This document shows, in pieces, positions 1-17,206 of a stretch of 64,000 nucleotides of DNA. The number at the start of each line of letters is the position of its first letter. Within the stretch, counting starts at the first letter, position 1. The stretch comes from Eledone cirrhosa (lineage: Eukaryota). The stretch lies in the NCBI GenBank assembly GCA_964016885.1, contig OZ024757.1, forward strand, positions 14,136,001 through 14,200,000, in the 5' to 3' direction. The notes under the pieces were generated by a model. That model saw only the letters and a program-made list of their open reading frames with translations. It was not told where the DNA came from and did no database searches. Made by a program: the position numbers and the translations under genes.

Positions 1-193
1 TATATAATATATTTATATATTGTATATATATAATTATATATATATATTATATATATATATATTGTATATATATATATATAATTATATATATATTTATATA
101 TTGTATATATATATAATTATATATATATATTATATATATATATATAATTATATAGTATTTACGTATCGAGAAAGAGAAAAAAAGGGGGGATAG

Positions 194-811
194 GTGATAT
201 ATATAGTTATTTGCCAAGTAGCGTATGCATGTCGTATACATGACGTGCGGAATAACAATCGCACCATCCCGCGTGCTGTGGGTTGTAATTGTGCTAACGA
301 CAGCTGCGGTAGCGTAGGTAACAACGTAGGCAGCAACAATGATAGCCTTACCGTGGGAAATAGACGGAACCGCGACAGAAATTGCAACTGCCGCGACAGA
401 GGACGCTGCCCCCTTAGAGGATACTGCTTGACTGATAGGGTTATATATAGATGCACTATTACTAGCCACAATAGCGTTAAACATTATATAGGGGCCACCT
501 CCGGCCCGTTCAAAATTAGGTTTCGAACACATCTCCACTCTTTCACAAATAGAAAACTAAGGCACTCCACTTCGCTCGCGGACTACATCACATCACTAAA
601 GGACTTAAACATCAGCTTCTCCACGCACTGGGAGATTGTCGGCAGGGCTGCACCGTATTACTTCAAGAGGAAATGCGATCTTTGCCTCATGGAGCTCTAC
701 CACATCATAACTGCACCCCACGAGCTCATCAACAGCAGAGCTGAAACAGCGATATGTTGTACACATCGCTTAAAAATATCCTTCTTCAGATGGGATAAGG
801 ATAAAGAGTGA
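194..811 (+). mobile_element. 5'-truncated Penelope-like retroelement (Naiad-type) ORF remnant: Cys-rich linker plus GIY-YIG endonuclease C-terminus
   Basis: Translation has CNC..CPL.G.CL, VIYRC...HYIGATSGPFKIRFRTH..SF, TSLADYI..LK, WEIV, CDLC..E, LINSRAE...C.H, the typical PLE endonuclease motifs. Flanked by (TA)n; hammerhead motif follows in the 3' region. Confidence 0.9.
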
Positions 812-1108
812 AATAGTACACTGGATCTCCTTGCAACAAGTCTTAACACCCCGGCGGGCAGGCGCTGCAAAATAACACCCAGAAAACAATCCTTGCATAC
901 CAGACCCAGCCTCAGACAAACGGATGCGGCAAAAAAAAAAAAAAAAAAAAATTGTCCGGGAAAGACTGCCCTAACACCGGCAAGAGTTACCTCCCTTGAC
1001 CTGCTGCAAAATCAAAACAAGATATTTTTGCGAGCAATGAACCTTGATGTGGATTTAACCCCCAAAACTCTTTCCGAGCAATATAAGGAACACTTGTGAT
1101 TATTTATG

Positions 1109-1145
1109 CCCTTGAGAAGCCCAACTGGGCGAAACGTACGTAGGT
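1109..1145 (+). ncRNA. Minimal type I hammerhead ribozyme motif (U3-A8 core variant) in PLE 3' pLTR
   Basis: cc-TTGAGAA-GCCC aact GGGC-GAAA-CGTACG-TA-gg: stem II GCCC/GGGC, palindromic stem III, short stem I. Confidence 0.7.
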
Positions 1146-1461
1146 GATATTTTAAATAAACATGTTTTAACGGTCTAGTCTCCGATTTTTTATTTTTTAC
1201 TTTCCCACGTATATATAATTATATATATATTTATATATATATTTATATATTGTATATACATAATTATATATATATTTTATATATATATATATATATATAA
1301 TTATATATATATATTTATATATATATTTATATATTGTATATATGTAATTATATATATATTATATATATATATATTTATTAAAATAACAGATTAACGGTTC
1401 TTATATATTTCATATATATTTATCCTAATCTTTGGATTTTAGTCTTCAAATTTATTATTAT

Positions 1462-1514
<53 letters not shown>

Positions 1515-1658
1515 ATATATATATATAATTATATATATATTTATATATATATTTTTATATTTTATATATATAATTATATATATATATTATATATATATAT
1601 ATTGTATATATATATATATAATTATATATATATTTATATTGTATATATATATATATAT

Positions 1659-2199
1659 AAAATACGTAGTTTAGAAAGCCACAACAATGCAGAGGGAAAT
1701 CTCGAGGTAGGAAGTGAATGATAGATAGGAGAATAGGATAAAGTGAAAATTGAGAGAGACAAAGATGAAAACAAAACAAAGGTAGAAGGGTTACCGTAGT
1801 GGAGATTTAATCCCAATATTTCGGGCTCACGCCCATCAACGGGGGAAAGTTCCAAAAGGGGGGGGGGAACAGGCTAAGCGGAGAAAGTTGTGATGTCGTT
1901 AAACGATCTCCTTGTCGTTAAACGACATCACAACTTTCTCCGCTTAGCCTGTTCCCCCCCTTTTGGAACTTTCCCCCGTTGATGGGCGTGAGCCCGAAAT
2001 ATTGGGATTAAATCTCCACTACGGTAACCCTTCTACCTTTGTTTTGTTTTCATCTTTGTCTCTCTCAATTTTCACTTTATCCTATTCTCCTATCTATCAT
2101 TCACTTCCTACCTCGAGATTTCCCTCTGCATTGTTGTGGCTTTCTAAACTACGTATTTTACACATTTCACAATGCTTCAAGCAAACTTTAACACCCTCT
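1659..2199. mobile_element. Fold-back PLE-like terminal fragment (about 250-bp inverted arms) with hammerhead-like motif
   Basis: 1659-1915 is the reverse complement of about 1921-2160 (the same peptide appears on both strands in the ORF track). Motif tccc-ccgttga-tGGGC gtga GCCC-GAAA-tat at 1972-2007. Another copy at 43432-43720 (-). Confidence 0.75.
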
Positions 2200-2337
2200 T
2201 ATATATATATATATAATTATATATATATATATATTGTATATATATATATAGTTATATATATATATATATATTGTATATATATATATATATATATTGTATA
2301 TATATATATATAATTATATATATATATATTGTATATA

Positions 2338-2436
2338 GTAATAATAATAAATTTGAAGACCCCGTTATCAGAAGATCCCGTTAAGGGTGAAAGCAGCGAT
2401 TCTTTGCTTAAACTTTAATGTTATTTTAATAAATAT
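2338..2436 (+). mobile_element. Dispersed short repeat family B with hammerhead-like motif (CAGAAGA core)
   Basis: CAGAAGA-tCCC gttaa GGGt-GAAA-GCAG..TTGC-TT-aaac; the 5' stem I strand gttt is seen in the 23775 and 43290 copies. Related pieces at 1375-1465, 2957-3003, 4183-4282, 23775-23868, 43290-43362 and 60979-61135, all in or next to (TA)n. Confidence 0.65.
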
Positions 2437-2884
2437 ATTGTATATATATATATATATATTGTATATATATATATAATTATATATATATTGTATATATATT
2501 GTATATATATATATATATAATTATATATATATATATTGTATATATATATATATAATTATATATATATAATTATATATATAATTATATATATATATATTGT
2601 ATATATATATATATATATATTGTATATATATATATAATTATATATATATATATATATATTGTATATATATATATAATTATATATATATATATATATATAT
2701 ATTGTATATATATAATTATATATATATTTATATAAATATTGTATATATATATATATAATTATATATATATTTGTATATATTTATATATTATATATATATA
2801 ATATATATATATATTATATATATATATATTGTGTATATATAATTATATATATTTATATAAATATTGTATATATATATATATAAT

Positions 2885-2916
<32 letters not shown>

Positions 2917-3172
2917 TATATATATATATATTGTATATATATAATTATATATATATAAGCAGTGATTCTTTGCTTAAACTTTAATCTGTTATTTTAATAA
3001 ATATATATTGTATATATATATATTGTATATATATAATTATATATATATATTATATATATATATATTGTATATATATATATATATATTATATATATATATA
3101 TATTGTATATATATAATTATATATATATATTATATATAACGGGCGGTGAATTATATACATATATTATATATA

Positions 3173-3360
3173 AGGGCGGTGAATTGGCAGTATCGGTAGA
3201 GGGTTGGACGCTATGCTTTCTAGCATAGTTACGTCCCTTTACAGTCTGAGTTCAAATCCCGCCGAGGTTAACTTTGCCTTTCATCCTTACGGGGTCGATA
3301 AAATAAAGTACCAGTAATGTACTGGGTAATTGCTGGCCTTGTGCCAAATGTAGAAACAAT
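3173..3360 (+). mobile_element. tRNA-derived SINE (family S1)
   Basis: A-box-like TGGCAGTATCGG, B-box GAGTTCAAATCC, conserved body AACTTTGCCTTTCATCCTTACGGGGTCGATAAAATAAAGTACCAG; many copies in the window. Confidence 0.85.
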
Positions 3361-3725
3361 ATATATTATATATATATATATATATTGTATATATATAATT
3401 ATATATATAATTATATATATAATTATATATATATTTATATATTATATGTATATAGATATATATATTGTGTATATATATATATATAATTATATATATATTT
3501 ATATATATATTTAAATATTGTATATATATAATTATATATATATATTACATATATATATATATATATATATTGTATATATATATATATAATTATATATATA
3601 AATATATAATATATTTATATATTGTATATATATAATTATATATATATTATATATATATATATTGTATATATATATATATATATAATTATATATATATTTA
3701 TATATTGTATATATAAAATTATATA

Positions 3726-3757
<32 letters not shown>

Positions 3758-3816
3758 TGTATATATATATATATAATTATATATATATTTATATATTGTA
3801 TATATAAAATTATATA

Positions 3817-3848
<32 letters not shown>

Positions 3849-3913
3849 TGTATATATATATAATTATATATATATTTATATATATATTTATATATTGTAT
3901 ATATATAATTATA

Positions 3914-3962
<49 letters not shown>

Positions 3963-4278
3963 ATATATATATATAATTATATATATATATATATTGTATA
4001 TATATATATATAATTATATATATATTTATATATATATTGTATATATATATATATAATTATATATATATTTATATATATATTTATATATTGTATATATATA
4101 TATATAATTATATATATATTTATATATATATTTATATATTGTATATATATAATTATATATATATTATATATATATATATATATTTATTAAAATAACAGAT
4201 TAACGGTTCTTATATATTTCATATATATTTATCCTTATCGAGCCCTCTTTGGATTTTAGTCTTCAAATTTATTATTAT

Positions 4279-4331
<53 letters not shown>

Positions 4332-4784
4332 ATATATATATATATAATTATATATATATTTATATATATATTTTTATATTTTATATATATAATTATATAT
4401 ATATATTATATATATATATATATTGTATATATATATATATAATTATATATATATTTATATATATATTTTTCTATTGTATATATATAATTATATATATATA
4501 TTATATATATATATTGTATATATATATATAATTTTATATATATTTATATATTGTATATATATAATTATATATATATATATTATATATATAAATATATATA
4601 TTGTATATATATATATATAATTATATATATATTTATATATTGTATATATATAATTATATATATATTATATTTATATATTGTATATATATAATTATATATA
4701 TATATATATTATATTTATATATTGTATAAATATAATTATATATATATATATATATATAATTATATATATATATATATATATATA

Positions 4785-4826
<42 letters not shown>

Positions 4827-4874
4827 TATATATATTATATATATATATAATTATATATATTTTATATTTATATA

Positions 4875-4926
<52 letters not shown>

Positions 4927-5093
4927 TATATATATATTATATTTATATATAATTATATATATATATATATATATATAATTATATATATATATTATATTTA
5001 TATATAATTATATATATTTATATATATATATATAATTATATATACATATTATATTTATATATAATTATATATATATATATATATATATATACA

Positions 5094-5136
<43 letters not shown>

Positions 5137-5325
5137 ATATATATATATATATTATATTTATATATAATTATGTATATATAATTATATATATATATATATT
5201 ATATTTATATATTGTATATATATTATATATATATATATATTATATTTATATATTGTATATATATATATATATATATTATATTTATATATTGTGTATATAT
5301 ATATATATATATATTATATTTATAT

Positions 5326-5366
<41 letters not shown>

Positions 5367-5463
5367 TATATATTGTATATATATATATTATATATATATA
5401 TATATATAATATTTATATATTGTATATATATATATTATATATATATATATATAATATTTATAT

Positions 5464-5510
<47 letters not shown>

Positions 5511-5518
5511 TATATATC

Positions 5519-5556
<38 letters not shown>

Positions 5557-5565
5557 TATATATTG

Positions 5566-5597
<32 letters not shown>

Positions 5598-5773
5598 ATA
5601 TTTATATATTGTATATATATATATATATTATATATATATATATATATAATATTTATATATTGTATATATATATATATATCATATATATATATATATATAA
5701 TATTTATATATCGTATATATATATATATATATTATATTTATATATTGTATATATATATATATATTGTATATAT

Positions 5774-5803
<30 letters not shown>

Positions 5804-5806
<3 letters not shown>

Positions 5807-6008
5807 GAACGTGTAGGACCCCGACGGCTGACATCAAGCCGTTTCGACGGCTAATTCTGGACTAAAATTTAGTCCAGAATTAGCCGTCGGAACGGCTTGA
5901 GCTCAGCCGTCGGGGTCCTACTCGTTCCTATTACCCACTCTACTACCCTAAGTATTGAGTACTTTGGTGCGTTATGGTCCACATGTTTCCTTACCACATT
6001 TCCTTCGT

Positions 6009-6010
<2 letters not shown>
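5804..6010 (+). mobile_element. Fold-back PLE terminal fragment, family A
   Basis: Inverted arms 5804-5865 and 5868-5930 followed by the family A tail ...CCTTACCACATTTCCTTCGTTA into (TA)n. Contains the 3' half of the family A hammerhead. Confidence 0.8.
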
Positions 6011-6040
<30 letters not shown>

Positions 6041-6078
6041 TTATATATTGTATATATATATATATATTATATTTATAT

Positions 6079-6124
<46 letters not shown>

Positions 6125-6166
6125 TTATATATTATATATATATATTATATTTATATATTGTATATA

Positions 6167-6208
<42 letters not shown>

Positions 6209-6524
6209 TATATATTGTAAACATATATATATATATATATATATATATAAGCAAATATAAAGATAGAATCGGAATTCTAAACTTGTATACTGCTTTACAA
6301 TTGTTTCAGATGTGTTGTACATCATTACGCAGTTAGTTAAAAATATAATTTTATAAGTAACTTTCTCATGTAGAAAATAGAAGAGAAAAACAAAATTATA
6401 ATGCACCTTCAGAAGAAGAAGCAAAAAATTACAAAATACCCTGTTGAAAACTGTTTGGAAGGTATATACTCTCATATATTTTACTACAAACAAATTGAGC
6501 TATATATTGTTTTACCCTTGGTTA

Positions 6525-8413
<1,889 letters not shown>

Positions 8414-8509
8414 CATATATATTATATATATTTATATTATAAATATATATATAAATGCATATATATATATATATATAAATGTATATATATATATTATAAA
8501 TACACACAC

Positions 8510-8576
<67 letters not shown>

Positions 8577-8622
8577 ATACGAGAAACGGTTTTCAATGTA
8601 CATCCTCTGTCTATTATATAAT

Positions 8623-8693
8623 CCTGTTATACGTATTTCACAGACATCAAAGTGATCGCATAATAACCCTTTGACGTGTTCTCCTCAGACAGG
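8623..8693 (-). ncRNA. Type I hammerhead ribozyme motif
   Basis: Minus strand: CCTGT-CTGAGGA-(long stem II acgtcaaag/ctttgatgt)-GAAA-TACGTA-TA-ACAGG; perfect 5-bp stem I. Confidence 0.8.
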
Positions 8694-8734
8694 TGGAAGG
8701 TTGTGGTGTTTTTGTATACTTCATATATTTGTTT

Positions 8735-9045
8735 ATGTTGCAGATCTTTGGTAAACGGTGGAAACGGTTGGTTAGTTTTATAGTTTTATAAGTTCATTAA
8801 GTAATCCATTTCTTTATCTGTCAAACATCTCCGATACAGATTAAAAATGTATTCAGTTTTCATTATTTCAGAATGTTTATACATGTTTGTCTTTTGATAA
8901 CAGGTATTATCTTCTAGCATGTTTTTGAAGATTCCCTCAAGAAAACTGCGCTGCTTTTGTTACTTTCCTTGACTATAATGTCTGCGTCTTGTAATTCTAT
9001 GAAATTTGCTCATTCTACTCTTGGGAAATTTGGTTTTATATTATT
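8735..9045 (-). pseudogene. Decayed PLE reverse transcriptase N-terminal region
   Basis: Minus-strand translation with stops and frameshifts: NF..VE*A...LQDADIIVKESNKSSAVFL..., ML.D..CY..., LTDKEMDYL..., F/HRLPKI. Matches the PLE DKG and FYGLPKIHK motifs. Confidence 0.7.
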
Positions 9046-9099
9046 CTAGTTTTCTATAGGCAATGATTGGAAAAGTAAATAGGTAAATATTATTTAAAA

Positions 9100-9630
9100 C
9101 TAGTAAAAACCCCTCGCTACACTGCTGTTAAAATGCACACACACACACGCACAAACTACCAGAAAAATAACTATATGTATTTTATATATATGTAACAAAT
9201 GTCATAGTCGTTTTTTACAGTCTGTCATCTCTTTCTTTCTCTCATCATAAACGATCTCTCTCTCTCTTTCACTGTATTTCTCTCTTAACAACAACCACAA
9301 CTTTTCACTCATCCCCTTACACTCGTTAGTTACTACGATAACAACAGCATCTATCTGTCACAACACACACTATCTCTCACTGTATTTTTCTCTCAGCAAC
9401 ATCATCATCGACCTGTCATTATAATGAAAGTCTTTTTTAAAGTCTGTCGTCTTCGCATTCATTCTCACGTCATAAACGATCCACCTCTCCTTGACCCCCC
9501 CTTCTCTCTCTCTTTCACTGTGTTTTTCTCTCAACAACAATGACTTTCAACTTCTCTCCTTTCCCCCCTGCTACATATATGTTGTGGCGGACAGACAGCC
9601 GGAGAAACAGCTTCTCTCTTATAATATAGA
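9100..9630 (-). mobile_element. Non-autonomous Helitron-like element
   Basis: Minus strand starts TCTATATTATAAGAG and ends in CTAG at 9100-9103, A/T target; subterminal hairpin is decayed. Confidence 0.6.
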
Positions 9631-9785
9631 TTCTCCAGTACTTCATTTATTCCCATTGGAAGTCAAAATTTATTTTCAATTCAGACTATTGATTAGTCAT
9701 CAGCTTTACCATTTTCAAAGAAATGTCCATTGTGCGAGTTTGGTTCTTTTCTGTTCGGACTTGGGGTGTATATGTGTATCTAAAC

Positions 9786-9884
<99 letters not shown>

Positions 9885-9984
9885 TTATTTATTTATTTAT
9901 TTATATATATATATATACACAAGCACCCACCCACATGTACATATATATACATACATATATATACAGTATATGTATATGTATATG

Positions 9985-10064
<80 letters not shown>

Positions 10065-10142
10065 TATATATATACACACACATGTATATATATGTATATA
10101 TATATATATACACATATATATATACATACACATGTATATATA

Positions 10143-11165
<1,023 letters not shown>

Positions 11166-11228
11166 TATATATATGTATGTACATATATATGTATGTATAT
11201 ATATGTATGTACATATATATGCATGTAC

Positions 11229-11264
<36 letters not shown>

Positions 11265-11436
11265 GTATGTACATATATATGTATGTATATATATGTATGC
11301 ATATATATATATACATATGTATGTATATGTATATACATGCGTATATATGTATATATATGTATGTACATATATATATGTATGTTTATATATGTATGCATAT
11401 ATATACATATGTATGTATATGTATATATATACATGC

Positions 11437-11503
<67 letters not shown>

Positions 11504-11666
11504 TGTGTGTGTGTGTGTGTGTAAATATATATAAACACTCAGAAGGAAGCTAATGAAAAAAACAGTTGGAATACATATTGCATATCTGCACTAAGACTGA
11601 AAACTTCCGCAATATGGCGACGATACATCTGGCTGATCTATTTTCTCTATCTGGACTTTTGCTTAC

Positions 11667-11769
11667 AAATATGTTGTGGGGTTTACTCTTTTGAAGCCAC
11701 GGCGAAATTCTATTGGAGGGGGGGGGGGGGTGCTTCCCTTTGTTGGTGAGTAATGTTCTTCCGTTCCAC
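11667..11769 (-). CDS. Candidate internal host exon (xWNGRTLLTNKGKHPPPPSNRISPWLQKSKPHNIF)
   Basis: Unique island with acceptor ctcatccag and donor gtaagc, open frame; product not recognised. Confidence 0.45.
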
Positions 11770-12465
11770 CTGGATGAGTACAGACAGACACACAGACACA
11801 CAGACACACATACACACATACACACAGACACACATACACTCACATATATGCCTGCATATATATTTATGTACATTGCAAGATACATAGACACACATATACA
11901 TACGCACCCAGATATATTCATACAAGCGAACACGCACACGCATGTATACACATACATGCACACACATATACATACACTGCACATACATAGACACTCATAC
12001 ACGTATACATACATACGTAAATATGCACACACGTACATATATACACACTCATATACATACATACTTTCATACATGCACACAAATACATACATACACTCAT
12101 ACACACATACACATTCATACACATGAATATATACATACATACAGGCATATATTCATATATACACTCATACATACGTACATACATACATACATACACATTC
12201 ATACACACATATATACATACACACAGGCCTCTATACGTATATAAACTCATACATACATACATACATACATGCATACATACATACATACATACATACATAC
12301 ATACATACATACATACATACATACATACATACACAGAAATACATACATACACACTCCTACACACATACACGCTCATACAGATGCATATATACATACACGC
12401 AGGCATATATACATATATACACTCATACATACATACATACATACATACATACATACATACATACA

Positions 12466-12499
<34 letters not shown>

Positions 12500-12721
12500 A
12501 GAAAAGTCAACAAGGCGAATAATACAATGCACTGATGATATATTCGTTTAACGCTTGATGTGGTTGGGAGCGTCTTAACATTTCGTAGGCTAGTCTTTCT
12601 ATCATTTGATCACACACATATACAGGGTGTCATAAAAATGTATACACACGGGCTGTGCATTCTATTAAATATTGCCTGTACTAATCAAAGTGTGGATATA
12701 TTTTTGGGAGACACCCTATAT

Positions 12722-12754
<33 letters not shown>

Positions 12755-13551
12755 AATATAAGTATGTATACGTACATACATATATGTATACAGACGTACA
12801 GTAGTATGTATATATATATATACATACATGCACACATATATATGTACGGATGGGTTTACCGAACATTTATTATAATGTTCGGTTTGTTTGTAAACAAACA
12901 GCCCGAATTAAGCCGTACAGTGTTCGGCAACCATCGTCGCCCTTTTGTTCAACACTGACAAAGGAACGATGAACTAGTTTCAAGCTTATTAGTAAGTATC
13001 AGCCGTAGTAAGAGTGAGAAATGAAATTTCATTAAATTCTTTTCCATTTATATATATACTAGCAGAGGTATTAAATAGCAGTTGTGTATACCATTTATGT
13101 CAATACTTCAGTGCTACTTCGAAAAATATACTTTTACAAAATCATCGGCTTTTTCCAAAAGAGGGTTCCTGCCCCCAGGGATCCCCTACTCAATATGTGC
13201 CAATTCTGAGAGTTCACATTCATCTGTAGGACATACGTAGCCCATGTGTCAAGTTTTGTGAAAATCGGTTGCGAACTCCAGAAGTTATGACGTTTTGTTA
13301 CATTGCACTGCAGTTCTTCAGTCGACTCCAAGGAAGTGGTTAAATGCGGTTATCTGCCGGGAGGCCTTAAAATCAATATCTGGAAAAATGAAAGTGCCCA
13401 TGACCATCCGGAGTACATAAGTAACCTATGTCTTAAGTTTGGTGAAAATACTGTAGAAATGCATAAGGTTTATACACGTGCGCGCTCGTGTGTGTGTGTG
13501 TGGGGGGGGGGGGGGTATGTATATGTATGTCCGTCGGGGCATACGTATGTA

Positions 13552-14080
13552 CTAGCCTAAATCTTCACTATTTAATTTTACTATTTTAATAACCTCTGTC
13601 ATTTTCGTTTTCAATTTTATTTCCCTCATTCTTAAACTCTGTTATTTTAAATAGAATATTAGTCTAACGACTCCATTTATACCATAAACTTGGTCTTGTC
13701 TTTGCATGAAATTGTTCTTCACGATCCACATAACGACGTATTATCCTCGCTTTTTTTCCGTTCATTGCCAGGAAACGTCTTCACGAACCAAAATATCGTC
13801 TTCTTGCTTTCATTCGGTTGCAACGTTTCTCGAAATATTTACTTCTGCGTTCACAGATTACTCTCAGTTCAATTTGAATGGGAAATTCCTGTTTCATCGA
13901 TTTTCTCCGTAACCATGGAAGCTTGTACCCTAAAAGTCGACCCAACGCCTCCTTGGGTCATTCTGCATAACTGTGTACATTTTCGCTGCATTCCACCAAG
14001 CCGTTTTGACGTTTGTCCGACTACACTTACTTACTAACTTAAATATACAACGTCCGACCACTTCCAATTTATATAGTAGA
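13552..14080 (-). mobile_element. Probable non-autonomous Helitron-like repeat
   Basis: CTAG at one end and TC(TACTATATAAA) at the other on the minus strand; an internal part recurs at about 42935-43285. Confidence 0.5.
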
Positions 14081-14628
14081 TATATAGAAATAGGATTTCG
14101 CGTCAAGCATAACGTTATACAAATATGGATAGAAATTTCGTATTTCTAAAGAAATACGGTTTTAGGAAGCCGTAGCTATGCAAACACCGGGGCTAATGCC
14201 CTCTGGTGGTGTCCAGTAGAAGCAAGGGGGACAACCGTCTATGAATTTCAGGCTTGACTGGCCTTCTTCAGGACGGTCCCATATATATATATATGTTCTT
14301 CTTTTTGGTAAATATCATCTTGGTTAAGAGAGTGGGACTGGCTTTGTGCAGTGCTTTTTCTCACTATAAAAGCTTCAGGGCACAGGCATTGCTTTATATC
14401 TGGAGATCTCTCTGCACTTGTCGTCACATGGTACCATGGGCCCGGCACTATGTGTCAGTAATTGTCACAAGTGTAGTGTTTGTACCAGAGTTTTCAAGTC
14501 GCTGGCTGGACTAAAGAGTCACACTCGTTCAGCGCATTGGTAGGGGTTCTCCTACATGGATATAAAGTAGTGGCCGTACTCGAAAACGAGTTGGCAGCCA
14601 CCATGTATATATGTATATATATATATAT

Positions 14629-14764
14629 CTGCGTTCGGATTTAGCTGTTGAAACGGCCGGAGCTCAGGGTCCTGACTCTTTTTCTATTACCCATTCTATT
14701 ACCCTAAGTATTGAGTACCCTGGTGCGTTATGGTCCACCTGGTTCCTTACCACACCTTCTTTGT

Positions 14765-14765
<1 letters not shown>
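14629..14765 (+). mobile_element. Family A PLE 3' terminal fragment
   Basis: GAAACGGCCGGAGCTCAG...ATTACCCA..TAAGTATTGAGTAC..GGTGCGTTATGGTCCACC..CCTTACCAC shared with other family A copies. Confidence 0.75.
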
Positions 14766-14803
<38 letters not shown>

Positions 14804-14824
14804 CGGAGCTGTGATTTAGAATGT

Positions 14825-15075
14825 CTCAGGAAAGAATCACTGGACAGATTTCACAGGGAAAAATCAACCGACAGGAGACGCAGGGGTAGACCCCTGAGTA
14901 AGATGGTTGGATAACATCCATGAACGTGGCTTGTATCGCTTGTGGACCCAGCCGGATCAGTTGGAGACAGTTGCTTCTGACAGGACCCGCTGGAAGGAGT
15001 GTTTTGAGGACTCTGCCCAAACGACCCTCTCGGGAATAAGTGGTCAAAGAAGAGAAGAAAAAGAAGAAGAACAAC
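14825..15075 (+). mobile_element. RTE-clade LINE 3' end with (GAA)n-like tail
   Basis: RRRGRP..RWLDNIHE...QLETVASDRTRWKE. Further copies at 16765-16910 (-) and 23610-23763 (+). Confidence 0.8.
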
Positions 15076-15627
15076 AACAAGACTAACAACTCTGCAACAA
15101 CATCAACGATCAGACATCCGGGTGGATTTGCCAAAGAGAAAAAAAATATATGGAAAAAAGAGGAAGAAAGAAAGAGGAAAGAAAAGAATGTTTGGTTGGA
15201 GAAAAAGAAAAAGAAAAAGAAAAAGCATTAAAAATTAAAAAAAAGAATAGAAAGAAAGAAACGAAGAAGAAAATGAATGAGAATTTGAGTTGATGTGTAG
15301 ACAAACAGCAAATCACTTTGATGGTTATTATTATGAAAGAGAAATTTCCTGTTTTTATAAGAAATAACAAGCAGAAAATGAAGAATAAAATGCAGCAACA
15401 TGGCGGCCTGTAATTTGACATCAGCCTCTGGTCACGTGGTAGAAGTGTTCAGTTTGTTTCGATGGAGGAAGGCAAAGTTTCCCAATTTGTCTCGTTTTTC
15501 TCTTTTTTGTTGTTGTTTATTCTGTTTATATAATTTTTTTCTTCTTTTTTTTTGTTACAGACCCCTACAAAAATATTTCCCCCTCACCAACCCTGCGCTG
15601 CCCTGCCCTGATTAAATAGCTTTATTT

Positions 15628-15747
<120 letters not shown>

Positions 15748-15934
15748 GTATGTATATATAAATATATATATATATGTATATTATTCAATCATTTATTATT
15801 CCTTTGCTATGAAACACTTAAGTCAGTTAATGAAAAAGCAGTTTACAGGGGGTGAAGTAGCAGGCGGGTCGGGGGCAATTAGTGATCCCATGTACGAAGA
15901 AAGAATAACAGGATGTCTGTAATTGTTTTTATTA

Positions 15935-17090
15935 TGGATTGGCAGAATCGTTAGAGTATCGTGTAAAATACTTTGCGGTATTTGTTCCGACTTTTTACGC
16001 TCCGAGTTCAAATTCCGCTGAGGTCAACTTTTACTTTTCATTTTCCCAAAGTCAATAAAATAAAAATATAAATCACCAACTGAGGCCAATGGAATCGTCT
16101 TTCTCCTTCCCGTAAAAAAAAAAAATAAAAATAAAATAAAAAACGTGTTGGACTTGAGTCTGGATTAGAAATCATTAAAATTAGAAACCATGTCTTTGTA
16201 TTTTACGTCTCTTTACGTTCTGAGTTCAAATCCTGCCAAGGTTAGCCTTGCCTTTCATCCTTACGGGGTCGATAAAATAAAGTACCAGTAATGCACTGGT
16301 GGAGGGGGGGGGGGGCGATTTAATCGACTTTCCACTTCGCCAAAATTGTTGGACTTATGCCTGTATTGGTAGAGGGTCGGACGCCATGCTTTGCAGCAAA
16401 GAGTTACGTCCCTTTATGGTCTGAGTTCAAATCCCGCCGAGGTTAACTTTGCCTTTCATCCTTACGGGGATCGATAAAATAAAGCACCAGGGATAATTGC
16501 TGGCCTTGTGCCTAAAGTAGATTATTACATCCAGGGTCCTATTATTATTATTAGATCCAAGGGCGGTGGATTGGAAGTATCGGTAGAGCATCGAACGTCA
16601 TGCTTTGCAGCATAGAGTTTTGGCCCTTCATGATCTGAGTTCAAATCCCAACGAGGTTAACTTTGCCTCTCATCCTTACGGGGTCGATAAAATAAAGTAC
16701 CAGTAATGTACTGGGTAATTGCTGGCCTTGTGCCTAAAGTAGAAACAATTATTACATCCCCCCTCTCTTCTTCTTCGCCCACTCGTGGGAGCAGAGTCCT
16801 CAAACAATCCTTCCAGTGGGTCCTCTCAGAGGCAACCCTTTCCAACTGATCCGACTGGATCTCCAAGCGTGGCCAACCAATCTCATGGATGTTATCCAAC
16901 CATCTCCCTTCTGTTGGTATAGTGGTGTGTGGAATGCCTGTCATAATTGTTTCTACTTTAGGCACAAGGCCAGCAATTACCCAGTGCATTACTGGTACTT
17001 TATTTTATAGACCCCGTAAGGATGAAAGGCAAAGTTAACCTCGACGGGATTTGAACTCAGACCATAAAGGGACGTAACTATGCTGCTCAA
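15935..17090. mobile_element. Cluster of S1 SINE copies (about 4 on +, 1 on -) around an RTE fragment
   Basis: Repeated GAGTTCAAATCC...GCCTTTCATCC..GGGGTCGATAAAATAAAGTACCAG blocks. Confidence 0.85.
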
Positions 17091-17206
17091 TTAGGTCTGC
17101 CCTAAACAACAACACCCTATATCTTTTATTAACCGGAAGTTAGTCACAACCAAACAATAATTACACAATGTGTAAAAGAACAAGAATGGAACAGCTTTGA
17201 TAACAA

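Larger units (their letters stand above)
1210..6250. repeat. Complex (TA)n microsatellite field with TTG and TAAT interruptions
   Basis: Direct reading; it explains the Ile/Tyr ORFs. Confidence 0.95.
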
